Source: Lama guanicoe
Lineage: Eukaryota
Assembly: GCA_013239625.1 (NCBI GenBank)
Contig: MU054212.1
Span: forward strand, 1-64,000
DNA length: 64,000 nucleotides
Direction: 5' to 3'
A model generated the notes under the pieces. It saw only the letters and a list, made by a program, of their open reading frames with translations. It made no database searches and had not been told where the DNA came from. A program made the translations under genes and the position numbers. Shown in pieces: positions 47,201 to 59,060 of this stretch (the first letter of the stretch is position 1; each line of letters begins with the position of its first letter).

Positions 47201-48163
47201 GAAGGCTTCCAAGAGAAATCATATCAAACGATATCTAAACTGCTAGCACAAATCAAGTCCCTCCCCCTGGTTGAGCCCAGGGCCTGCCGTTTTAAAACTG
47301 CAGGGAGGGAATGAACATGGAACATTATTTAAGACCAAGCAGCTCAGTGGGGTTAAGTCAACTATATCCTGGAAGAAGCCACTGTTCCCTTCCTTTACAC
47401 CTTCAGAAGTCAGGTCTCCTTCTAAAGGAGATGGTACAAGCAAGTGATTTGGGAAACGCCACTGTTGAGGATTTCTCTCTCTGCTATAAGGAAAGAAAGA
47501 TTGATCACAAAAGGCAATAATGTTAAAACTGAGGGAGTAAGTAAGTTTATGCTTCTAATTTCCAATTTCTAGAAATGTCCAGAAAAGGCACACTTCCCAT
47601 AAGAAGCAGGTTTAGAGGAGCATCTTAGAAGGAAGCAGGGTTCCCTCGAAAGTTATGGGAACTTATCATAAAGAGAGGAGGGAAAAAGAAAAAGAAGGAA
47701 GGGAAGAATAAAAGAAAGAAAATAAAGAACTGGTAACTTAGTTCATATGTAATGTGAATAATCAACCTGGTAAGAGAATTTTGAGAGAAAGATTTCTGAA
47801 AGAGGCAAATAAAAATTGACCCTTAACATGGATTTTCATACTTGCTCATTATTCATTATTTTAACTATCTTTTTAGTTCACAGAAAAAACTTAGTTATCA
47901 TTCAACAAAAGCAAGTATTCTTTCTCTTAGTTACAGACAAGCCACATCAGACACAAGGAATTGAAAGTGGCATTTTTATTTTCATTTGAGTGACTTTTGG
48001 GGAGAGGTGGCAAAGTGGATATAATGCAGTTACAATAGCCTTTCATCCTGAACCTAATGAAATGTAATGAACAATAAATAAAGCCAATGAATGATATGGG
48101 AGCAGTGTTTCAACTTTAGAGAGGGTCTTGAAATGGAAGACTGGAAATTGATGCCTGAGGTTG

Positions 48164-48193
48164 TCTTTCTTTCCTTCCTTCCTTCTTTCTTTT

Positions 48194-48281
<88 letters not shown>

Positions 48282-48340
48282 TTTTTCTGTCTGCCTGCCT
48301 GCCTGCCTTCCTTCCTTCCTTCCTTCCTTCCTTCCTTTCT
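48164..48340. repeat. Compound (TTCC)n(TTTC)n(CTGC)n(TTCC)n microsatellite
   Basis: Read directly; explains the KERKKERK and FFLSFFLS ORFs. Confidence 0.98.
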
Positions 48341-49091
48341 GTGGAGATGAGGCACAAAGTTCAGAAAAATCTAATTGATCTTGCTCACCCCCATCCTCCT
48401 TCCATTTTCTGAAGTGGGGTATGCCACCCAGGGGTGGAGATGATGCATGCCTTTCCTGAGGAGAATTTCTTCCCTGACACCCTGGATAAACAGTTCTCAA
48501 CAGTGAAGAAGAAACCATGGCTCACCATTTTCTTTTTCACTGAGTGGAAGGAAGAGAAATTCTTGGGGAAAATCTCCAAAAGTTAAAATTTCCCAGTAAC
48601 AAATAAGGCTTTTAGCAGAACAGGAAGAGAAAAGAAATCAAACAAAAGCCACCAAGGAAAATGATGGTCCCCATCACCATGGATGGATGAGAAGTCCCCA
48701 GGGTGGAATAAGGACCGATCATCTTCAAATTCCTTCCTTTAATTTTATTCCACTCAAGTTGAGTGACATTCACAGCTGGGGAGAGGCAGGTGAGCCAGGA
48801 GAATTTTTTAAACTAGGGAAGATGTCTCCAACAGAAACAATGACTTGGTGGCACAGCTTTCATTGAGGGAATAATCCAAAATTTGAGGACATCTCTTGGG
48901 AGAACAAGACACGTTGGAACTCTTAACAGAATTCCAGAGAAGGAGCCAAACTGGAGGTCAAATTCACTAACTACAATTAAACACAACCCCAGATTTATTC
49001 CTTTTCCTTCCCCAGCAAGAGAAAAGCAGAAAGTAGAACACAAACTATTAGAACACGAGGTAAGAGATGGGGAAGGTGTCAAGGAAGAACC

Positions 49092-49218
49092 ATACATAAT
49101 ATATAACATATATGTAATATACATACATGCACAGCACAGACAGGTATTGTACACATGTATACATATATACACTGTACATATATGTATGAATATGCATATA
49201 TAATACACGTATGATACA
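49092..49218. repeat. Degenerate (TA/CA)n low-complexity tract
   Basis: ATACATAATATATAACATATATGTAATATACATACATGCAC... Confidence 0.8.
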
Positions 49219-49589
49219 TTTTATTTGGGCAAGTAAAAGATCTGGGGAGAGTTACAGCCATCAAATGAGAATAAAGTAAAAAGAAACATTACCACAATCA
49301 TGCAGTCATGGAAAAAATGAGCGTAGCTTTGAAGAGCAAATGGAGAAATCAGTCTCGGGGAAGACAATATAGGGAACAGGAACACTTTCTGTTTCTAATA
49401 CTTTATACTCTCAAAGTTTTCAAAGAGGATGGGCAAATCTCTGAATCCAGAATTCTAAGACAGATCTGGATCTTTCCTGACTTAGAGTGAAACATTCTTT
49501 TTCACAGTGACGTAGCGTGACACCTTCCCATGGATGGATATTGGTGTCGTTCCCATATTTTTGCTATTGAAAGACAGCACATTGACTGC

Positions 49590-52020
49590 ATTGATTTAAA
49601 GGCCTCTGTAGTACAAAAGCATTGTAAACACAGATAAAAACAAGTAACAGACTTGGAGAATATATGCACCATATGTAAACTGAGAAAGGAATCTTATTCA
49701 GAATATGTGAAGAATGCTGAAAATCATTAAGAAAAACACAACCCATCAAACAGGAAAATAGGCAGAGGGTGTGTGAAGAGGCAGGCAATTCTAGAAGATG
49801 TCCGGTGACTATATGAAATGATAATCAACGTCGCCAATAACAACAATGCACATTTAAACAAGGGGTTGCATTCTGCTTCTGGAAAATATAGAGTAGAAGA
49901 GCTTTTCTCTATTCCTCCTGCTCAGTACAGATAAGAACCCTGGGCATTACAAACAAAATGATATAAAGAGACTCTGAAAGGCAGTGAGAAGAAGGCAGCC
50001 CAGCTAGAGACCTGGAACCAGAGGACCAACAGGGCAGTGAGTCCCTTGGGTTTTCTTTTTGCCTCATAGCGCCCAGCTTGGGTGCTGCAGCAGTGGGTGC
50101 CCAGAACATGCCAACAGGCACAGGCGGGAAAAAAAAAAACAAAAAACAAAAAACGCCTGAGAAGAGCCTGCTGTCTCTGGTCAGAAGGTGAGGAAAAGGG
50201 CAGCCTGAAGAGACAGATAACTTTCAGACAGTAACTGCTCTCCCAAGCTGGATTCCACAGAAAAACCATAGCCCTGCCCCCACACCTCCAGCAAAGGCTG
50301 AGTCGGGGGCTTAAACTTCCACTCTCGATGGGGTATAACGAGCACCCCTCTGCACCCACAGCCCCTCCCCACCACTCGGTGGTGTCAGAGAAGGAAGTGA
50401 GGAGTCGAGATTTCCTCCCCACCTGGTGGTGATGGACCGCTCATCTCCCCATCACTGGGACACTTGGGGATGCTGAACTTCCACCCCGTGTAAGGACTCT
50501 CATCGACAATATATAAAGAACACTTACTCCTCAATTGAAAAAAACAATCCAACTAGAAAATGGGCAAAAGATATGAACAGACACTTCACTGAAGCGGATA
50601 TACAGGTGGCAAACAAACACATATTCAATATTCCTGGCCTTGGGGAAATGCAAATTAAGACCACAAAGCAATATCCCTGCACGCCAATTAGGAAAGCTAA
50701 AATAAAGCTTACAGAGAACAGCAAATGGTGGCAAGAATGTGGGGAAAATCGTTCTGTCACACAATGCTGGAGGGAATGTAAAATGGTATAACCACTCTGG
50801 AAAAGAGTTTGGCAGTTTCTTAAAAAGCTGAACACTTATTTACTGTATGACCCAGCAATCTACCTCTGGGCATTAATCCCAGAGCAGTGAAATCTGTGTC
50901 CACAGAAATCCCTGTATGTGATGTTCAAAGGCAGCTTTATTGGCCATAGCCCCAAACAGGAAGCAACCAAAATGTCCTACAGCAAATGAATGAGCAAACA
51001 AACTGAGGAAATCTACATCATGGAGTACTATTTAGCAATAAAAAGAACAAATAAATGATAAAGTCAACAACTTGGATGGATCTCAAGGGCTTTAGGCAGA
51101 GTAGAAAAAGTCAATCTTGGTGATATACTACATGGTTGCATTTATATAACATTTTCAAGATAACACATAATTATAGGTGGAGAGCAGATTAGGAGCTGTC
51201 GGGGTTACGGATGGTGGGGGAGGGCAGGTGGGACTGTAAGGGGCAGCAGGAGGGAGATCTTTGTGGTGATGTTCTGTATCTTGGTTGTAGTCTTGGTTAC
51301 ATGAATCTATCCATGTGGTAAGTGACATAGACTATATCCACTTCATACCAATCCCACCTTTCTGGTTCTGATATGGTACTGTATTATTTGAGATACAGCC
51401 ATTGGGAGATACTGGGAGAAGGATACACAAACCTCTCTGTAGGATCTTTACAACTTGCCGTGAATCCACAATTACTCCAAAAGAAAAAGAAAAAACCCAA
51501 TGGGGTATGATTTTTTTCATCAGATTGGAAACCACCTTAAAATTAACTTTTGGTAGTGCGCTAGGGAAGAGGGACAGTCATTCTGAAGGGTGGTTGATAG
51601 CATTTGTGATGGCTAAACGTACACACATTCTTCCAAGAGATTCTATGTGTTTCCTCTCAAGAAACAGCCATGTGCGAAGGAGAGAGACATACAAGAATTC
51701 ACTGCAGTACTGCTTAGAAGAGTGAAAAGTGAGGACAGAGTAAATGTCTATCAAAAGTGAAATAGTCAAGTAAGTTTTGGTAATTCATATGAGACATAGC
51801 AGTTAAAAGGAATTAATTTCATTCATATGAAGCATCATGATGAAATTTCAAAACCATAGTGTAAAAAGCCAATTACAGAAGACACGTATGGGATAATACC
51901 ATTTTTAAAGCAAACACATAAAGCAATACTATATGAACATAAAGCTGTTAAAAGCAAAGGTATAAAACACTTTCACACAAAGTCCTAACCATGTTCACAT
52001 CTGGTAAGAAGAGGGGAGCA
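49590..52020 (+). mobile_element. Old L1ME 3' region split by an L1MC insertion (host pieces ~49590-49866 and ~51493-52020)
   Basis: Left piece ends AATGCACATTTAAACAAGGGGT and the right resumes CAATGGGGTATGATTTTTTTCATCAGATTGG, continuous with the L1 motif ATGCAAATTAAAACAACAATGAGATACCATTTT...ATCAGATTGG. Confidence 0.7.
49867..51492 (+). mobile_element. L1MC element: 5' UTR (~49867-50490) joined directly to the ORF2 end and 3' UTR (~50491-51492)
   Basis: Starts TTCTGCTTCTGGAAAATATAGAGTAGAAGAGCTTTTCTCTATTCCTCCTGCTCAGTACAG (recalled L1MC 5' end), then MNRHFTEADIQVANKHI...GEMQIKTT; ends GTGAATCCACAATTACTCCAAAAGAAAAAG. Confidence 0.8.
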
Positions 52021-52311
52021 GAAGGAGAATATATTCATCAATCATCACTGGGGTGATTACAATTAATATGACTCTGCAGTCACTTCTTACAAAGTTTTAT
52101 TCTTTCATTGTACAAGTAGTTCACCCCAAAACAGTGATGATGAACATGTTGATATTTTTCTTTTTGACTTTTTCCCTCTGCATATTTTAACTTAGTTGTG
52201 ATAATGTATGCATGAGTGTGTATCATTTTGAATGCAGCATTTTTTTAGAAACCTAACATAAGCATTATGTTAACTGCATAATGGTAGAAATACTGCAGAG
52301 AGATGATCAAA

Positions 52312-52540
52312 ATACTTACCATTTATTGAGCACCAACTATTTGCCAAGTGAGTGCCCTCCGTGTATTACATACACTACTCCTAAATCTCACCACAGTCCC
52401 ATGAATTGTCATTCTCTCCATTTTCTACAGCTAAACTGAGGCTGGAAGAGGGTAAGCAAAATGCCCAAGGTCATGAGTCTGGCCAGAGGAAAGGGGCTGG
52501 ACTCGTATCCAGGTGAGGAGCCTTTGAAGCTCATGCTAGT
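52312..52540 (-). mobile_element. MIR SINE
   Basis: ACCATTTATTGAGCACCAACTATTTGCCAAG...AAACTGAGGCTGGAAGAGGGTAAGCAAAATGCCCAAGGTCA. Confidence 0.88.
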
Positions 52541-52578
52541 GTTCTGAGTCTAGCAGTCACCATCCTGTGGGGTTAATC

Positions 52579-52673
52579 TGACTCACACTGAAGCTGGAAC
52601 ACTTCCCCGAAGCTAACTGCGGAAATTCCCATGATTCCCTGCCAATCAGCCGGACGGATCAAGGAAGTAAACA
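52579..52673. promoter_or_regulatory. Candidate enhancer motif cluster (AP-1, NF-kB, CCAAT, ETS, FOX)
   Basis: TGACTCA 52579-52585; GGAAATTCCC 52621-52630; CCAAT 52642-52646; AGGAAGT 52662-52668 overlapping GTAAACA 52667-52673. Confidence 0.45.
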
Positions 52674-54309
52674 GCAGGACTGCCTTTCCTCAGAAGGGAA
52701 AGAGAGAAATTACAGCAGAACTTTCCCTCAAGGAGCCAAAGCTTGATAAATATCATTCTTCTAAAGCGCCCATTACACCACTGCTTAGCTCAGGAGAGAG
52801 CTGAAGGAAGTAATGGATGACTCCTGACAGTGGTCAGCATCCAAGAGAGAATGTGAATAGCCTCCGTTAACAGAGAGCCCTCTGAGGCGTTTGATGAACA
52901 GTCTTACGTTGTCTTCCAGGTCCTTGGCCGAACAACAACAGCAAAAGCAGTAACAACAAGAGCTAACACCTAGTACTTGCATATGTGTACATGCCAAGTA
53001 GTGTTTGAAGCACTGTTATATACAAACTCATTGAAGTCTCTGTGGTGCCAACTTATTAACACTTACATAATCCTAATAGGGGCAGAATAACTTCACGTGT
53101 AGTATAGTTTTGTCAGAAGCAAGAACTTGATCTCCAAATACTGGCATAATTTAAAAAACTTGGCCAAGTTCTCTTATTAGCACACTGGCTCCACTCAAAG
53201 CCCTACACAGCTGACCGTCAGCCATAGACCCGTAGGGGAGAAATGATGACACCAGGTTTCTGATGTGTGACCGCAGTGATGTCGTCTCTGCCTATGTTGA
53301 GATGGGGCTGTGCTAAGTCTCCTCTGCACAGGCTGAGCGACAGCCATGATACTAATATTTATTGCCCCATTTAGCCTTTGCAGCCTGGATGGCAATTCTA
53401 AATGATCTTTAACTGGGACACAGATAAATCGCTGATCTCAAGGCTGGGGTCAGCCCTGTGGGTCCACGTGACGAGCATGGTGCTGAGCAGGGGAGACCGG
53501 CCAACCTAACACTGCACATCTTATCTATTGTGTTTATGATTTAATTCCACAGAAGTGCTGACTATTGGCAAAATGCTCCTTGCCCTGAAGAAATAATTAT
53601 GCAAAAAGAGAAAGAAGGAGCAAGCAAAAGTCCTCTGTCAGCTTCACCTGCCTTCTTGGAGGAAATAGAAATGTATTTTCTCTCCCTTGAGGATGATCTT
53701 CTGAGAAATAAAAACTCTATTTCCAAATAGTAGTTGACCAATAATTAGCACCATTCACCCTTTGGAGATGTTAACTATCATGTGTTTTCTCCACTTAAGA
53801 AATGAGAGGGTTGGTGGCTTCCTTCCCTTGCACAATCCAAAGTCAGTGCTTGGAGGTCTTTGACCTCATGACCAGACAGTTCAGCTAAAGTTAAGTGAAA
53901 GGTTGAGCAACAATCTAGCTGTTTGAGCAGTATAGAGACAGCCAGTACAGGTCACGGGGACCAGAATTCCATCAGGACCAGAATTCCTTTGAAATCTCAA
54001 TCCATGGATATCTCCCTAAATGCTCTAGAAGAGTGATTCACATTCCAGAAGGTCATGTCTCCCACAGCAAACAGATCAGAATTTCAGGGAAAGGGGGAAA
54101 GTTTGAAAATGCAAGTTGATTTCATAATGTGATTTTATATGTGAAAAAGGAAAAAAGATACCTGTTGATTTCATACATGAAGATAAGTAGCCGAAATCCA
54201 AGTCTCTTTGAGGAGAGCCATTTTGTTTTTGAAAACAGGGTTCCTGATTTAGAAATACTGCTCTAACGTTTAAACTTTCAAGTTTAGATTGACTCTCGAT
54301 GTGTGGGAA

Positions 54310-54556
54310 GCTCAGAGATTAGGCATGCAGGCTTTGGAGCCAGACTGTCTGGGTTCAAATCCTGGTTCTACTGTCTGTGTGAAATTGGCAAGTTGCCTTA
54401 AACTTTTTAAAACTTTATTTCCTCACTTGTAAAGTGAAAATGTAGTAATAAGACCTCATTATGAAGTGTCTTGGGAACTAAATGATATGATATAGGCTAA
54501 GTATGTAGAAGTTTTAGACACTTAGGAAATGATCAATGATTGTAACTATTATTACT
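54310..54556 (+). mobile_element. MIR SINE, near full length
   Basis: GGCTTTGGAGCCAGACTGTCTGGGTTCAAATCCTGGTTCTAC...GGCAAGTTGCTTAA...TTTCCTCACTTGTAAAGTG...AACTATTATTA. Confidence 0.92.
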
Positions 54557-54814
54557 AGACATCATTTTTTGATTTCTTGTTTTTCTCTGGTTCTATTAAA
54601 TCTTTTGAGGAACTTCAGGTTCTTGTCAAATGCCCACGGCTATTCCAAATGCGTTTTCTCTAGTTCTAAGAAATAAATATGGACAGTGAAGTTCATCGGA
54701 CAGTTCTGGTGGTACAATAACGCACCATGTGTTCTGTACTCCTCTCCCTATTTCTAAAGAATAAGCTTTTGAACAACAACAACAAAAAAGTTCTGCTCAC
54801 CCACCATGGAGCAG

Positions 54815-55605
54815 ACACTGTTGGTTGCCTACCCAACATCCATTCTTCAGTCCATTCGTCCTTCTTAATGGAACCCCTGGCCATCCTCCCATTGTCACGT
54901 ACCTCAGGGGAAACTAACCCTCATTCTCAGCTATCGGGGATGGATCCCGGGTGGTTTAAGCCATCTGTGGTAATCCTACATCCCACCCTGAATCTCAGAC
55001 AGATGTGAGAGAAAAACCATAAGCCCAGGCTACTGCTGCTCATGGGAAGACGTGTGTCAACAACACCATAGCAAACACCACACAGGTCCAAACGAGAGCC
55101 ATTGCTTTTACATTTCTATTCCTTTCCTTCCTCTATCCTTAACCCCAAACTACTCTTTTTCTGTTTCTCAGTTCCATTTGAATAAACACGTAATTGTTTC
55201 CATGAGGCAAAAGTAAAGCAAACTAAAATAAAACTAGAAACAGATATGCAACATGCTGAGAAGTCATTGGGGGTCCTCTACTTCCTTTATTCCTAAGAAA
55301 AGTATAGGAAGAGATGCCCTTTCTTCCCCTTGTCATTGTGTTGTTTGTATGTGACACCTGGAACTGCTATTACCATCTTAAAATCGTGAGGATAGCCCAC
55401 GGGAGGGCAAAGCTGATAGACTGACAGGGGCAGAGTGGAAGGATGTTAAGAACCTGGGTCCTTGATTCATTGCTGAGCCACTGATGGTACCAATATGAAG
55501 CCTGTACAGATGTTGGACTTACTCTTCTGTGAGGTAGTAGATTTCCTGCTGTTCAACCCAGATTGAATTGGCTTTTTCTGTTCTAGCCCAGGGTGTAGTA
55601 ATACA
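54815..55605 (+). mobile_element. MLT1 (J/K-like) LTR, probably interrupted at ~55000-55240
   Basis: CAGACACTGTTGGTTGCCTACCCAACATCCATTC...GTGACACCTGGAACTGCTATTACCATCTT...AAGAACCTGGGTCCTTGAT...TAATACA. Confidence 0.75.
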
Positions 55606-55669
55606 CGGTGCACAAAATTCACATTCGGATGTGTTAACATAAACTAGAAGTTGGAAGTGTCTCTCTTAT

Positions 55670-57010
55670 GGTCCTACCATCACCCTTGATTTCCATCAGT
55701 AACCCCTTTCACTCATATCAACTCTAAAGTAATCATACCTACTCAAAATATGTCTGAATGCAGGTACGTCTCCCCATCCCTGCTGCTGCCGCTCTAGCCC
55801 AGGCTGCCACCACCTCCCTCCTGCAGCACAGCAGCAGCCCCACAGCGGACTTCCTGCTTTCACGCTTGCCCCACTTCTACAGTCTGTTCTTTTCCAGACT
55901 GAGGAAAAATCCATATGACATAAAATTAAACATTCTAACCATTTTAAGGTGAACAAGTTCAGTGGTTTTTAGTATATTACCAATGTTGTGCAAACAAACA
56001 CCACGCTCTACTTTTAGAACTTTATCATCAGCCCAAAAAGAAGCCCATTACCCATTAAACAATCACTCCCCGTTTCCTCCCCTCCCCTGGCCCTGGCAGA
56101 CACTAATACGATCTCTTCTCAGCCCAGCAGCTGGAGGGATATTTTCCAAAGATAAATCAGATCGTGCCACTTCCCTGCTTGAAGCCTTTCAATGACCTTG
56201 AAGAACATTACAGTTTCCTTAGCCTGACCTGGAGGACCACCTGCGACCCGTCTGCGGCTCCCATCTCATCTGGCACACTCCTCCCGCTTCCCGCCGGGTG
56301 CTGGCCACACAAACCTACTCGTGCTTCTTGAATCTCTGCTTCAGGACCATTCTGTTCTTGCTCCCCATCGTCAGATGCTTGCCCCCCACTCTGCAGATCG
56401 GTGCCATCTCATCATTTAAGGTTCCCCTCGAACGTCTCCTTCTGTGTGAGTCTTCCCTGACTCAGGTAGTGCTCTCAGCCCGCTACTCTCCCGCGCCATT
56501 CCTTTTAATTTTCCTCAACATGTTGATCACTCTCCGAAATTACGGTGTTCACATCCAGTTTTTAAAGTGAGCTGAAATCCTTAGTTTGTTCAAATTTCCT
56601 TAGTTTTTGCCTAATGTCTTTTTCTCTCCCAGGATCCCACCTGCCATGTGTCCTTAAGCTTCTTTTGGCTGTAACAGTTTCTCAAACTTTCTTCGTCTTT
56701 GATGACCTTGACAGTGGTGAAGAGTGCTGGTCAAGTATTTTGTAGGATGCCCCTTTATTGGCATTTGTCTGATGTTTTTCTTGTGATTAGACTGTGGCTG
56801 TGGGTTTGGGGGACACAGCACAGAGATAAAGTGCCATTTCATTCCCATCACATTCATTTTTTATTGGCTGTTCACCTGTCACTGTTAGAAGATTAAGCTC
56901 CATTAGAGGAGGGACTGTTCTGCTCACAGCTTTAGTCCTAGAACCTAGAATAGCATCGAGCACATAGTGAGCCTCCTTAATTACTCGTTGACTGAATTAA
57001 TGAATAAATT
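55670..57010 (+). mobile_element. L2 3' region interrupted by two antisense L1 fragments (~55905-56110 and ~56560-56855)
   Basis: L2 motifs CAAAATATGTCTGAAT...TAGCCCAGGCTGCCACCACCTC, ATAAATCAGATCGTGCCACTTCCCTGCTT and the tail CCTAGAACCTAGAATAG...GTTGACTGAATTAATGAAT; L1 inserts ACCATTTTAAGGTGAACAAGTTCAGTGG and GATGACCTTGACAG...TTTGTAGGATG. Confidence 0.8.
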
Positions 57011-58251
57011 AGGGAAAAAAAGACCAATATGCTGCCTTTATACACGCATTTCACTGTTTTGCATGTGAAATGAAATATGGGTGAAGAAGATTTGTCGAGC
57101 ATAGGTCAAAGGCACTAAAACCCTTTCAAACAAGCTGGCGTATCCATGAGATAAATCTAAACCCTCATGTGAATAAATAATTAACCCAAGGTCAATGACA
57201 CATTCAAAATCATTAATGAAAATTGATTTTCCTTCTCTGTAGGGCTGCTTCTCTCTCCTGCACCATGATCCCAGCTGCAGAGTCAACCACGATTTATTGA
57301 GTTTTAATTCCTTTCTACCCAGGGTCTTCTTTTTCTTGAATGATGCTAGCCTCTATGAATTTTCTTTTTCTTTCTTTCTTTCTTTTTTTAAAAAATATTT
57401 GGCTTGGTTGACCTATACATGAAAAGGGCGTGGCTGACTTCATGTAGGTGAGTTTTAGAAAGGCAGTGATTTTTCCTTCTCAACAGTGAGCTAAAACATG
57501 ATGGGCAGCTCGGCCTGCCCGAGGGGATGGAGGGAGAGGATTACCGGCCCCCATGGCAAAATCAAGGGCTCTGCCAACTGACTTCATGGACGTACGGGAG
57601 CAGGAGGAGTCTGTCGGCAGCCAGCTAAATGCCTTTCCAGGAACATGGTGGAAACTGATTAAATATATATGCAATCACATGAATTGATAGAGGGAACCTG
57701 GGGGACGTCTCCAGCCATTAGAACACCAAACACCAATGGGGGTCTCCCCAGTGGTCATGAAGGAAGTTTATTTTCTGGCACAAGCTCTCAGAGAATGAAA
57801 TCCCTGAAAGGAAGAACTATTTGTATTCCATTCAGATTTCATTTAACCTTTTCTTTTGGAAGCCCCAGTAAGCAAAGGCACATTTGTCAAGGCTTCAGGA
57901 TGAATGAGGAAAGCGTCTGTGCATTAAACTTGCAGATATTCAGAAGGACTTACTGGAAAGGCAGCCCTGGGCTGGGAGGAGGAAGACATTCACCCTAGCT
58001 GGGCAGGCTGTGGGGGGTCTCAGCTATTTTCACCTCCAATGAGCCAATTTCCCAACTGTGCATAATCTCCCAATCAATTGACTTGAACACGAATTTCCCT
58101 AGGTAATTAACTGCGTTGGATATTTCTGGTCAGACTATTTACTTTTCCTACTACCCCTCAGAGAATGCGTGACTTATAGGTCAAACAGCACAAAGTTAGA
58201 GAAGAAGTTTAACTAACATATTTCATTTAACTAATACTATTATGACATATT

Positions 58252-58402
58252 TTGTGTTTCCTTGAGTCCAAGATGCCATTGATGGTAGCACTATGGATTT
58301 CATACACAGCATTTTGGGGAAAGAAAACAATCACAAGACACATTCCAATTTCAGAAATGTTAACATGTGGGGAAACTTACAATATGGAAGCTGAAATTTG
58401 GG
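58252..58402. mobile_element. MER104-like (TcMar-Tc2) DNA transposon
   Basis: GTGTTTCCTTGAGTCCAAGATGCCATTGATGG...CCAATTTCAGAAATGTTAACATGTG...TGAAATTTGG. Confidence 0.6.
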
Positions 58403-58859
58403 ATGTCAAACACCAAATGAGTGCTTATAGACACTGAGAATTCCTGGTGACCTCAGTCTGCAAAGCCCATTCATCTCCCTGGTAACCATGATGTTTCTTC
58501 GGCGCTGGTTTCAATGTTCAGTGTCCCACATTTCCTGGAATTCCTCAACCCCCTTCTCCAGAAGGCACAAGCATTCAACCCTGCTGCCACTGAGGGCCAC
58601 CTGTCTGTTTCTCACCTGTCTGGTTTCTCATCTTGACCAGCGACAGTCCCCACAGTCCATGAATTCTCTAAGGTCCCTCCTGCTTATTCATTCAGTCTTC
58701 AGTCCCCACTGTTCCCCATATTATACCCTGTACTATAATCCCAATACATTTCCATTTTTACCCAAGATAGGCAAGTTTTCCTCTTACAACCAGAGAAGAA
58801 CTCTGGGGTTTTCCATGTTTGATAAACATTCTAAAGCACCACCAACACTACCTCATCAA

Positions 58860-59060
58860 CAACCAGCATTTATTCTGTGCTGTGTGTGTATGATCTTATA
58901 ATTCACTACAACAACCCTCGAGCAGATAATTAGTATTCTCTCTTACAAAGGCGGAAAATGAAACCTAGTGGGTAGGTGACATGCCAGCATTGATACAGCT
59001 CGAAAAGAAAGGGCCAAGATTCAACCGGATCTGTCGGGCTTCACGAAGCAAGCCCACAGC
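58860..59060 (-). mobile_element. MIR SINE
   Basis: CCAGCATTTATT...TAATTCACTACAACAACCCT...TTACAAAGGCGGAAAATGAAAC...GGCCAAGATTCAACC. Confidence 0.75.

Noticed and set aside
48043..48518. Lys/Glu/Arg-rich and Phe/Leu/Ser-rich ORFs
   Set aside because: Translations of the (TTTC)n/(TTCC)n microsatellite.
53958..53987. Short direct repeat GGACCAGAATTCC x2 (also AAATTACCTATTCCT x2 at 28044-28086)
   Set aside because: Two-copy micro-duplications, not arrays; nothing CRISPR-like.
55530..55543. TGAGGTAGTAGATT, identical to the first 14 nt of let-7f
   Set aside because: The match stops at 14 nt, there is no complementary 3' arm, and it lies in an MLT1 LTR segment.
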